DNA of 32,867 bases from Verrucomicrobiota bacterium. GTDB taxonomy: Bacteria; Verrucomicrobiota; Verrucomicrobiia; Limisphaerales; Palsa-1400. Position 1 is the stretch's first letter. Every line of letters starts with the position of its first letter. Shown one piece after another: positions 9,450 through 18,080 of this stretch. The stretch is from assembly GCA_049510745.1 (NCBI GenBank), contig JBEKYR010000051.1:1-32867 (forward strand). Reading direction: 5' to 3'. The position numbers were made by a program, and so were the translations under genes. The notes beneath the pieces were generated by a model, which had not been told where the DNA came from, ran no database searches, and saw nothing but the letters and a program-made list of their open reading frames with translations.

Positions 9450-11777
9450 GTGAATCGTCCGTGCCCCATTCGACGTTTTCCGTTGCCGTTGGTCGCTCTG
9501 TTGTCGGTTGCCCTTTCGGTAGGCTCGCTGGCGTTAGGGCTGGACTCGAACACGCCAATCCAGCCCGCAACGAATTTTGACCGGCTTGAGCCTAAGCCCG
9601 CCCTGGCCCCGGCCCCCAAACTTTGGCCGCCGGGATTTCCCTGGCTGAAACCTGGTCGGTTTGTGCCTACGCCCACCGTAGCCGTTGGCGGCAGCACCAA
9701 CAGCCAACCGAAATTCCCTCCGCCGTCGTCCAATTCGATTGCGTTTCAGGAAACCAAGGCGCGAGCGGAAAAGGGAGATGCAGAAGCACAGAGCAGTTTG
9801 GGCCTTGCATATTATTTGGGGATAGGCGTAGGGACCAACTTCGCGGAAGCCGTCAAGTGGTGGCTCAAGGCGGCGGAACAGGGCGAAGCCGACGCACAAA
9901 TCGACCTTGGTGTGTGTTACCAGAACGGGCAGGGCGTCCCGCAAGAATACACCGAAGCTGTGAAGTGGTACCGCAAAGCGGCGGAACAGGCGAACGAGGG
10001 GTCACAATACCTGCTTGGTTGGTGTTATGAGAACGGGCAGGGTGTTCCGCAAGACTACACCGAAGCCGCCCAGTGGTACCGGAAGGCGGCAGAACAAGGG
10101 AACGCGGCGGCACAAGATGAACTCGGCCAGATGTATGCACTGGGAAATGGTCTGCCGTTGGACTTTGCCGAAGCCGTAAAGTGGTTCCGCAAAGCGGCGG
10201 AACAAGGGTACGCGCCAGCGCAAACCAGATTGGGCGCTGCTTATAGCAATGGCACGGCTGTCGCCACCAACTTGGTCGAAGCAGTGAAGTGGTTCGGCAA
10301 AGCGGCGGAGCAAGGCGAGCCATACGGACAATACGATCTTGGTTTGTGTTATTTCAACGGGCAGGGCGTCCCGCAAGATTACGCCGAAGCCGTGAAGCTG
10401 TTCCGTAAAGCGGCGGAGCAAGGGTACGCAGCGGCACAGAGCAGGATAGGGTATGCGTATTGCATTGGAATGGGAGTAGGCATCAACTTCGTCGAAGCCG
10501 TGACGTGGCTCCGCAAGGCGGCGGAACAGGGCGATGCCGCCGCACAAAGCAATCTTGGGTGGTGTTACTACAACGGGGAGGGTGTGAAGCAAGACTATGC
10601 CGAGGCAGCGATGTGGTACCGCAAAGCGGCGGAACAGGGAGATGCAGATGCGCAAAAGTTCCTTCTTTTTTGTTACGATGCTCTTGTCAACTCTTATTTT
10701 TTCGGGAAAGGCGTCACGCACGACTATGCCGAGGGGATGAAGTGGTGCCGCAAGGCGGCGGAACAAGGCCAGGCGATGGCAGAAGTCAATCTAGGTTCGG
10801 GTTACTACCGAGGGCAGGGCGTTGCACAGGATTACGCCGAAGCCGTGAAGTGGTGGCGCAAAGCTGCCGACCAAGGAAACTGCACCGCGCAGTACTTTCT
10901 CGGGTTATGCTTCTGGCGCGGTGAGGGTGCCCCTGAAAACGACACCGAAGCTTATAAGTGGCTCAGTCTTGCTGCCGCCCAAGGGTTTGCGGGAAGCACG
11001 GAACAGAGAGACTCGCTTGCGCAAACAATGTCGCGCGAGGAGATTGTGGAGGGCCAACGCCGGGCCGCTGCCTTCGTTGCCCGAAAAGAAGCGCCAGGGG
11101 ATTCGAATAGTTCCAACTTGCCGGCGCAATCTGGCGTCACTGAGGGCGAGCCAAAAGCATCCGGGACAGGCTTCTTCGTCAGTGAGGACGGCTTCCTTTT
11201 GACCGCTTTCCATGTTGTCGCGGATGCGGGCCGAATTGCCGTAAGAATGAAGGCGGGCACATTCCCGGCAACGCTTGTGAAAGCGGACAAGGCAAACGAC
11301 GTCGCTTTGTTAAAAGTGACCGGCAGATTTCCCGCATTGCCTGTCGCGCCGAGTCGGGGCGTGAAGCTGGGCGAATCGGTTTTTACCATCGGTTTCCCGA
11401 ACATCGGATTACAAGGTTTCGCGCCCAAATTGACCAAAGGCGAGATCAGCAGTTTGGCCGGGGTGCAGGATGACCCGCGGGCGTTTCAAATCAGTGTTCC
11501 GGTGCAGCCGGGCAATTCCGGCGGGCCGCTCGTGAACCAGTACGGAAACGTGGTGGGCATTGTGGCGGCGCAACTCGCGGATATTGCCACCCTCGAAACC
11601 ACCGGCTCTTTGCCGCAGAGCGTCAATTACGCCGTGAAAAGCTCCGTGGTGAACGTGTTGCTGGAAAGCCTGCCGGAAGTGTCGGCCAAGTTGAAACAGC
11701 CGAACAGCAAAGAGGAAAAGTTCGAAGATGCGGTCAAAGAGGTCCAGGATGCCATTGCACTTATCTTGGTCTATTGA
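9450..11777 (+). CDS. Exported Sel1-like repeat protein (11 repeats) with a C-terminal trypsin-like serine protease
   Basis: Hydrophobic N-terminal segment; 36-aa repeats of G.A.AQ..LG..Y..G.GV.QDY.EA.KW.RKAAEQ; triad motifs LTAFHVV, NDVALLK, QPGNSGGP. Confidence 0.9.
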   Translation: MNRPCPIRRFPLPLVALLSVALSVGSLALGLDSNTPIQPATNFDRLEPKPALAPAPKLWPPGFPWLKPGRFVPTPTVAVGGSTNSQPKFPPPSSNSIAFQETKARAEKGDAEAQSSLGLAYYLGIGVGTNFAEAVKWWLKAAEQGEADAQIDLGVCYQNGQGVPQEYTEAVKWYRKAAEQANEGSQYLLGWCYENGQGVPQDYTEAAQWYRKAAEQGNAAAQDELGQMYALGNGLPLDFAEAVKWFRKAAEQGYAPAQTRLGAAYSNGTAVATNLVEAVKWFGKAAEQGEPYGQYDLGLCYFNGQGVPQDYAEAVKLFRKAAEQGYAAAQSRIGYAYCIGMGVGINFVEAVTWLRKAAEQGDAAAQSNLGWCYYNGEGVKQDYAEAAMWYRKAAEQGDADAQKFLLFCYDALVNSYFFGKGVTHDYAEGMKWCRKAAEQGQAMAEVNLGSGYYRGQGVAQDYAEAVKWWRKAADQGNCTAQYFLGLCFWRGEGAPENDTEAYKWLSLAAAQGFAGSTEQRDSLAQTMSREEIVEGQRRAAAFVARKEAPGDSNSSNLPAQSGVTEGEPKASGTGFFVSEDGFLLTAFHVVADAGRIAVRMKAGTFPATLVKADKANDVALLKVTGRFPALPVAPSRGVKLGESVFTIGFPNIGLQGFAPKLTKGEISSLAGVQDDPRAFQISVPVQPGNSGGPLVNQYGNVVGIVAAQLADIATLETTGSLPQSVNYAVKSSVVNVLLESLPEVSAKLKQPNSKEEKFEDAVKEVQDAIALILVY

Positions 11778-11940
11778 GTCGGGTTGTCTGCCGCATGCGG
11801 GATAAGTGGCGTTGAATTCTTGGCGCGACTGAAGTTTCGTTAAAAATATTTTCGGATAAACTCTGGGTGACCCTGTTTCAGGCGATCCTGTAAATCCTGA
11901 CAGCTTTCCAGCGCATTTCGGACTTTTCCAACGTACTTGT

Positions 11941-12807
11941 TCACAATCGTGATTTTGGTTGTCTTCGGCGTTTTTGAACCGCATGCAGTAGCGCTTCATA
12001 GATTGATGCGGGACCATGGCAAGTAATAATGCGTGATTGATTTTGATCCTCAGATTGGTAGAATGCCACTCCCGTCAAAATCGGAGCTTTGAATTTCAGC
12101 GAGGCAAGTCCGCCGTTTTGATCCCCATTCGGAGGCATTAGCCACACGCCGCCGCCACTCATCCCTTTGCAGTCCGCTGGGAACTTGCCTTCTCCGGTTT
12201 TGATTTTCAGGTGCAGATAGTCAAAGGAGTTCGAGGACGCTTCGTCAAGAAACGTCGCTTGCCCGCAGAAGTGCTGAACGCGAGCGCGGAATTCGCCACC
12301 TTGTGAACGGCGCTGAATGGTGGTCCGCTTCTCAGGAGCTCCCGATATCCACCACGGCATCTGCTGATATGGAAGTTCGCGCACTGTGTTGAGCTTCGCA
12401 TGATCCAGTGGATAAAAGAGCTTCTTGCTCTTTAAAATGCTCAACTTATCCGGATCGAACAGGTGAATGAACGCTAGGTCCGGCCCTTGAGATGCGTGGC
12501 TCTCGTGGAAAGCACCGACGACAACTTCTTCATAGAGGCGCTTGAACGGATCCGTGTGCAGCGGGATTTCAAATCGATGGAAGTGTTCGGCAAAAACCAG
12601 GATTAGAGCGTCCCCATCTACTCCTTTTACCTTTAGGGCCAAGTCCGAAACGTGATGCGCGGTCAGAATCCCGCACACGTTTCCCAGAGAGATTAAGGTG
12701 CCGGAGCCATGGGGAACATCGTTGCGGAACAAACTGACACAGTAATATTTGATCTCTTCTAGGCGCGCCTTGGCAATTTTCGCCCGAAGAATATTATGTG
12801 TTTTCAT
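11941..12807 (-). CDS. Hypothetical protein, probable cytoplasmic trypsin-like (PA clan) serine protease
   Basis: GSGTLI...ILTAHHV (His), GPDLAFI (Asp), GMSGGGVW (Ser), ILTGVAFYQ in the correct order; no signal peptide; visibly more AT-rich than core genes. Confidence 0.7.
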   Translation of the reverse strand: MKTHNILRAKIAKARLEEIKYYCVSLFRNDVPHGSGTLISLGNVCGILTAHHVSDLALKVKGVDGDALILVFAEHFHRFEIPLHTDPFKRLYEEVVVGAFHESHASQGPDLAFIHLFDPDKLSILKSKKLFYPLDHAKLNTVRELPYQQMPWWISGAPEKRTTIQRRSQGGEFRARVQHFCGQATFLDEASSNSFDYLHLKIKTGEGKFPADCKGMSGGGVWLMPPNGDQNGGLASLKFKAPILTGVAFYQSEDQNQSRIITCHGPASIYEALLHAVQKRRRQPKSRL

Positions 12808-12905
12808 TACTCAACTCTAGCGGTTGTGCGAGACAAAGTCAATGGGGAGGCCTGGGGTGAGTCCTAGAATTATGACACCTTTGGCAAAGGCCGAAGAGTC
12901 AGCGG

Positions 12906-12933
12906 TTGCAATGGCCGTGTCAAGTGTTAAAAT
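12906..12933 (+). promoter_or_regulatory. Candidate sigma70-type promoter for the S46 peptidase
   Basis: TTGCAA, 16-nt spacer, TAAAAT with an extended -10 TG, about 105 nt upstream of ATG 13040. Confidence 0.4.
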
Positions 12934-13039
12934 ATCCCCCGTATGATTTGCCGCGTCATCGTGTTCCGCCTGGTTGGCGCGAGCGTCGCTTTTTCTCTTT
13001 ATGCCGGCCCTTGTTCCGGCATATACAGGCCCTCACAAC

Positions 13040-15112
13040 ATGAAATCCGTTTATTTGACCTGGCTGTGCCTCGTGCTGCCGCTGGCGGCGCGGGCCGATG
13101 AAGGCATGTGGCTGTTCAACCAGCCGCCGCGCGAATTGCTTCGCCAACGCTACCAGTTCGACCTCACCGACCCTTGGCTGGACCATTTGCGCAAGGCCTC
13201 CATCCGCTTTAACTCCGGCGGCTCGGGCAGTTTTGTCAGCCGCGACGGCCTGCTCATCTCCAACCATCACGTCGGGGCCGACGCGCTGCAGAAGCTCGGC
13301 ACCTCGGAGAAGAATTACCTCCGCGACGGCTTTTACGCGCGGTCGCCGGCGGAGGAAATCAAATGCCTGGACCTGGAGTTGAACGTGCTGGAGTCGATCC
13401 AGGACGTGACCGTGCGGGTGAACGCGGCCGTGCCGAAGGAGGCCGATCCGGCAGCCGCTTTTGCCGCCCGGCGCAAAATCATCGCCGAGATCGAAAAGGA
13501 ATCGCTCGACCAAACCGGTTTGCGGGCGGACGTGGTCACCTTGTGGCAGGGAGGGGCCTATCACCTCTACCGCTACAAACGTTACACCGACGTGCGCCTG
13601 GTTTTCGCCCCGGAAGCGCAAATGGCCTTTTTCGGCGGTGACCCGGACAATTTTGAGTTTCCCCGCCACGATCTCGACATCTGCCTGTTCCGCGCCTACG
13701 AAAACGGCCAGCCGGCGCGGCTGGACGACTGGCTGCGGTTTTCCCAAAAAGGCCCGGCGGACGGCGACCTGGTCTTTGTCTCCGGCAATCCCGGCCACAC
13801 CAGCCGTTTGTTGACAGTGGCGGAATTGAAGGATTTGCGCGACCGCGCCCAGCCATTCCGCCTGCGGACGCTCAAAGACCGGGAAGTCCTGCTGGAGGCC
13901 TGGAGCGCGCGCAACGACGAAAACGCGCGGCGCGCCAAGGAGCTTTTGTTTGGCGTCAAGAATACCCGCAAGGCGCTCGATGGGGAGCTGGCCGGCCTGC
14001 TCTCGCCGGGCCTGATGGAAGGCAAGGAGGCGGCGGAAGCGCAATTCCAGGCCCGCCTGGCGGGCAAACCGGAAGGGGCGGAGGCGCTGGCCGCGTACGA
14101 CAAGATCGCGGGCGCGGTCAAAATCCTTGGGGACCAATACGTCAAATATAATCTTCTCGAAGGCGGCGCGGCCTTCAACTCCGAGTGTTTCCGCCTCGCC
14201 CGCACGCTGCTGCGCGCCGGCCAGGAGCGGCCCAAGCCCAACGGCGAGCGGCTGCGCGAGTTTTCCGATTCCGGCCGCGCTTCGCTCGAACTGGCCCTCT
14301 TTTCCACCAAACCGATTTATCCCGACCTGGAAAAACTGGCCCTGGCCGATTCGCTCACCTTCCTGGCGGGCCAGTTGGGAGCCGATGACCCGCTGGTGCG
14401 GCGGATTCTCGCCGGCAAGTCCCCCCGGCATCGCGCCCGGGACTTGATCGACGGCACCGGGGTGCGGGACGCCGCCTTCCGCCGGCGGCTTTACGAGGGC
14501 GGCGCGGCGGCGGTCGAAGCGGCCCACGATCCGATGATTGAACTGGCCCGGTTGGCCGATCCCGAGGCGCGGGCCTTGCGCGACGTTTTTGAGGCGCAAA
14601 CCGAGGTCAAAAGCCAGGCCCACGCCGCCCTCGCCCGCGCGCGCAACGCGGTGGACGGCGCCGCCGGCTATCCCGACGCCACCTTCACCCTCCGCCTGGC
14701 CTTTGGCGCCGTCAGAGGCTACGAGGAAAACGGCCAGCCAGTGCCCCCCTTTACCACCATTGCCGGCCTTTACGCCAAAGCCGCGGAGATGAAGAACCGC
14801 CCGCCGTTCGACTTGACGCCCTTGTGGGAAAGGCGGAAATTGAGGGTCAAGATGAAAACGCCGCTGGATTTCGTCAGCACCGACGACATCATCGGCGGGA
14901 ATTCGGGCAGCCCGGTGGTGAACCGGGCGGGGGAGTTCGTTGGGATTATATTTGACGGCAACCTGCAGGGCCTGCCCTGGGATTACGCCTATGACGACCG
15001 GGACGGGCGCGCCATCTCGGTCGATTCCGCCGCCATTCTCGAAGCGCTGGACCATGTTTTCCGGGCCAAAGCGCTGGCGCGCGAGTTGATCCGCGGCGCG
15101 AGGAACCCCTGA
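13040..15112 (+). CDS. S46 family dipeptidyl peptidase (DPP7-like), exported
   Basis: Signal peptide then ADEGMW; GGSGSFVS.DGLLISNHHV, FFGGDPDNFEFPRH.LD, YPDATFTLRL, DIIGGNSGSPV, FDGN. Start placed at ATG 13040. Confidence 0.93.
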   Translation: MKSVYLTWLCLVLPLAARADEGMWLFNQPPRELLRQRYQFDLTDPWLDHLRKASIRFNSGGSGSFVSRDGLLISNHHVGADALQKLGTSEKNYLRDGFYARSPAEEIKCLDLELNVLESIQDVTVRVNAAVPKEADPAAAFAARRKIIAEIEKESLDQTGLRADVVTLWQGGAYHLYRYKRYTDVRLVFAPEAQMAFFGGDPDNFEFPRHDLDICLFRAYENGQPARLDDWLRFSQKGPADGDLVFVSGNPGHTSRLLTVAELKDLRDRAQPFRLRTLKDREVLLEAWSARNDENARRAKELLFGVKNTRKALDGELAGLLSPGLMEGKEAAEAQFQARLAGKPEGAEALAAYDKIAGAVKILGDQYVKYNLLEGGAAFNSECFRLARTLLRAGQERPKPNGERLREFSDSGRASLELALFSTKPIYPDLEKLALADSLTFLAGQLGADDPLVRRILAGKSPRHRARDLIDGTGVRDAAFRRRLYEGGAAAVEAAHDPMIELARLADPEARALRDVFEAQTEVKSQAHAALARARNAVDGAAGYPDATFTLRLAFGAVRGYEENGQPVPPFTTIAGLYAKAAEMKNRPPFDLTPLWERRKLRVKMKTPLDFVSTDDIIGGNSGSPVVNRAGEFVGIIFDGNLQGLPWDYAYDDRDGRAISVDSAAILEALDHVFRAKALARELIRGARNP

Positions 15113-15114
15113 AG

Positions 15115-16791
15115 CTACTTGGCGGATTTGGAACTGGCGCCGGCCGGCGGGGCCGCCGCTCGCACCGGCTCCGGCAGGGCGGGGCGCGGTTCGGGCAGCG
15201 CGGTGCGCGGCTCCTCCACCGCCCGGCGGGGTTCGACGGCAGGCGCGGCGGCGCGCGGCGCGGTGACGGCCCTTTCCGAAGGATCCAGGCGGCCCTGTCC
15301 TTGATGAGAGACCTGCTGCGCCTTCGGCGCTTCGTCCACACCGTCCCCCTGTCCCTGATGATGGATGCGCCGCGGCGCGGACACCTCCTCGTTGGCGGCG
15401 GCGTATGCGACCTGTTTGACACGCCTGGGTGGCGGCGCGGCGTAACTCAGCGGCGGCAGTTGCACGACCGGTTCCCCGGACGGCGGCGGCGCCGGGACGA
15501 GGGCCGATTCCGCCGCAAGAGCTTCCGCCGGCAACGCCGGGTCGTCCCGTGGCGCGGGCCGCGTCTCCGCCGGCTGGACGCGGGGTTTGTTGATCAGAAA
15601 CGGGCTGGATTCAGAGGCGGCTGACGGCGCGGCGGCGGAAAGGTCGCGCCGGTAAACGGGCAGCGTCGCGCCGTTCACAACCCCGGTTGCCGCCGGCGGG
15701 GAGGAAACCGGGAGGAGCGAGACGGGCCGCGGGGCATTGCGCGCGGCGGCGGCGACGGCTTCGCGGCTGATGCCGCCGTTGATGATTTTATGATTTATGA
15801 CGCTGTAATTCCCGACGACCACGCTGTCGGCGAAAAGGGCGGCGGCGCGGGGCGCGGGCACGACGCGGCGCGGCAGGTTGCGGGCGAGAAAATTGTCCGC
15901 GCTGACGAAAACAAAGGAAGATGGCGGAAAGGCAAACCCGGCGCGCAGGGGGCGGCCATAGAGGGTTAACTGGCCCAACCCGTCGAGGCTGACGCCCGGC
16001 AACAAGGGCGCCCAGCCGAAATAGGAGCCGGTCGAACGCCAGGCGACCCAGGCCGGCGCCCAAACTTTGTCCGGCACCCAAACCCAGCCCAGCCGGTGCT
16101 CCTTCACCCACCGGCCATAATGAAACACCGCCCAACCCCAGGAATAATCCGATTGCCAGTACCAGCCGGCGTCCGAATCGAGCCATTGGCCATGGTCCAG
16201 GTAGGGGCGCCAGTCGGGATTAATTGTCTCGACGGTTGGCTGCCAGGAAAGGCCAAGGTCGGGCACTTGCACCCATGCTCCATAGGGCGCCAGGTCCTTG
16301 TAAAAAAGGCTGGAGTCCGAAGCAGGCGCCGGAGAGGCCGATGGCTCCAACGGGGGAAGTGTCGGCGGCGCGGCCGCGACCTCTTGCGAGGCTGGCGGCG
16401 CTGCGGGTGGTTTGCCCTTGAACAGCGCCGCGATGACATTCTGTGACAGGCCCAGGTCGGAAAGATAGAGTATTTCGTCGGCGGACGGGGAATAGGCCTG
16501 GCCGGAGTTTTCGATGAATGAGAGAATAACCCCTTCATCCACATGGGCTTGGGCAAGGCGGATGATTTCGGCCAGACCCGGCGACAAATCCGCCGGCAAG
16601 GCTGGTTCGCCCGCCGCATCGGCCGCACCTTCCTGGTCCACGACGGTCGCCATGGCCGGAGCGATGGCCGGCGCAGTCCTTGGCGCGGAGGTGGGATCAA
16701 AGCGGGCAAAAGCGCCGATGAGAAGAACGGCCGTCGCCCCGATGGCCAAAAGCCAGGCAGAGGTCGGTAAGCCCGGAGAACTCATACTCAT
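15115..16791 (-). CDS. DUF6600-like membrane-anchored protein with a Pro/Ala-rich tail
   Basis: N-terminal TM segment; Trp-rich block FYKDLAPYGAW...WRPY...GWYWQSDYSWGWAVFHYGRW...GWVWVP...WAPAWVAWR...GWAPL. Confidence 0.8.
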   Translation of the reverse strand: MSMSSPGLPTSAWLLAIGATAVLLIGAFARFDPTSAPRTAPAIAPAMATVVDQEGAADAAGEPALPADLSPGLAEIIRLAQAHVDEGVILSFIENSGQAYSPSADEILYLSDLGLSQNVIAALFKGKPPAAPPASQEVAAAPPTLPPLEPSASPAPASDSSLFYKDLAPYGAWVQVPDLGLSWQPTVETINPDWRPYLDHGQWLDSDAGWYWQSDYSWGWAVFHYGRWVKEHRLGWVWVPDKVWAPAWVAWRSTGSYFGWAPLLPGVSLDGLGQLTLYGRPLRAGFAFPPSSFVFVSADNFLARNLPRRVVPAPRAAALFADSVVVGNYSVINHKIINGGISREAVAAAARNAPRPVSLLPVSSPPAATGVVNGATLPVYRRDLSAAAPSAASESSPFLINKPRVQPAETRPAPRDDPALPAEALAAESALVPAPPPSGEPVVQLPPLSYAAPPPRRVKQVAYAAANEEVSAPRRIHHQGQGDGVDEAPKAQQVSHQGQGRLDPSERAVTAPRAAAPAVEPRRAVEEPRTALPEPRPALPEPVRAAAPPAGASSKSAK

Positions 16792-17606
16792 AGCACCGAC
16801 GCTTGGGCGGCAGGGATATTCATTGAAAGTCGGTCCTTGAGCCGCTGGAGCAATTCACCGGTCAAGACCTCGTAAGCGGCGGCGCCGGGGCTGTATTTGT
16901 CGTAATGGATGATCGGCTTGCCGAAGCTGGGGGCTTCGGCCAGGCGGGTGGCGCGCGGGATGGTGGTGTCAAATACAAGATCGCCGAAGTGTTGCCGCAC
17001 TTCCTCCACCACCTGCGCCGAAAGCCGGGTGCGCCCGTCGAACATGGTCATGACCACGCCCAGCAGTTCCAGGCGCGGGTTGATGCCGGTGTCGCGCACC
17101 TGGTTGAAGATTTTGTGGGTCATGGAAATGCCCTCCAGGGCGTAATACTCGCATTGCAGCGGGATGACCAGGTAATCGGCGGCGGCGAAGGCGTTGAGAG
17201 TCAGAATGCCGAGGGAGGGCGGGCAGTCAATCAGAATGAAATCAAACCGGTCCGCCGCCGCCACCGGCCCGATCAGGCCCGCCAGGCGGAGCAGGTGGTT
17301 CTCGGCGCGGGCGATTTCGATTTCCGCGCCGCACATATCGACTTCGCTGGGGACCAGGTCGAGGCGGTCGAAGGCGGTGGGGCGGATTTTGTCGAGCAAA
17401 TTGCCTTCGCCGAGCAGGGGGCGGTAGGCGCTGGCGCCTTCGGTTTTTTCCAGGCCCAGGCCGCTGGTGGCATTGGCTTGGGGGTCCAGGTCCAGGAGCA
17501 GAACCCGGCGTCCCAGCAGGGCCAGGCAGGCGGAAAGGTTGATCGCCGTGGTCGTTTTACCCACGCCGCCTTTTTGGTTGGCCACGGCAATGATTTTAGC
17601 AGGCAC
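16788..17606 (-). CDS. parA: ParA/Soj family ATPase
   Basis: IIAVANQKGGVGKTTT deviant Walker A, DLDPQANAT, IDCPPSLG, PLQCEYYALEG, RLAEAPSFGKP. Start placed at GTG 17606. Confidence 0.93.
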   Translation of the reverse strand: MPAKIIAVANQKGGVGKTTTAINLSACLALLGRRVLLLDLDPQANATSGLGLEKTEGASAYRPLLGEGNLLDKIRPTAFDRLDLVPSEVDMCGAEIEIARAENHLLRLAGLIGPVAAADRFDFILIDCPPSLGILTLNAFAAADYLVIPLQCEYYALEGISMTHKIFNQVRDTGINPRLELLGVVMTMFDGRTRLSAQVVEEVRQHFGDLVFDTTIPRATRLAEAPSFGKPIIHYDKYSPGAAAYEVLTGELLQRLKDRLSMNIPAAQASVL

Positions 17607-17688
17607 GCCCCGATTAAACCGCAAAGGAGGGCGGCGGAAAAGAAATTTGCGTTGGATTTTGGGCCGGAGATGAAGCACCTTGCTCTGT

Positions 17689-18042
17689 ATGAAGTTCATT
17701 CTTTCGACGCACAATGTCACCTTAACCAAATCCATCGAAGATCATATCCTGAGTCGAATCGAAAAAGTGGAACATCTGGATCATTTTGCGACCAGCGCCC
17801 GAGTGACCCTGGAGCACAATCATCTCAAGGGGCCGGAGCGGCAGTTTTCCTGCTCCATCCGCCTGGCGGTCCCCGGTCCCGACCTCTTCGCCCAAGACCG
17901 CGAGAGCGACCTCTACAAGGCCATCGACCTGGTGGTAAAAAAAATCGAGCAGCAATTGCGCAAACGCCATAATAAGTACAAGGCGCGCAAGCATGTCCTT
18001 GGCCCGCGCGGCCGGGCCTCGCGCCAAATCGACGAATCGTGA
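17689..18042 (+). CDS. hpf: Ribosome hibernation factor HPF/RaiA, short form
   Basis: HNVTLTKSIEDHI..RIEK...LFAQDRESDLYKAIDLVVKKIEQQLRK; start ATG 17689. Confidence 0.88.
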   Translation: MKFILSTHNVTLTKSIEDHILSRIEKVEHLDHFATSARVTLEHNHLKGPERQFSCSIRLAVPGPDLFAQDRESDLYKAIDLVVKKIEQQLRKRHNKYKARKHVLGPRGRASRQIDES

Positions 18043-18080
18043 AAGCGCGCCGCCGCCAAGGGTGATCTCCCGCCCCGTTC

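Noticed and set aside
9770..10985. 108-bp periodic DNA repeats as a CRISPR array or DGR template/variable repeat
   Set aside because: Explained by in-frame 36-aa Sel1 repeats; no cas or reverse transcriptase gene, and no evident adenine-specific variation.
17607..17735. ORF-track N-terminal extensions (parA to 17735; also recF to 24173, S46 from 12974, cdsA from 24678, antitoxin to 27844, GH5 to 4145)
   Set aside because: They overlap neighbouring features or precede the family N-terminus; downstream starts fit better.
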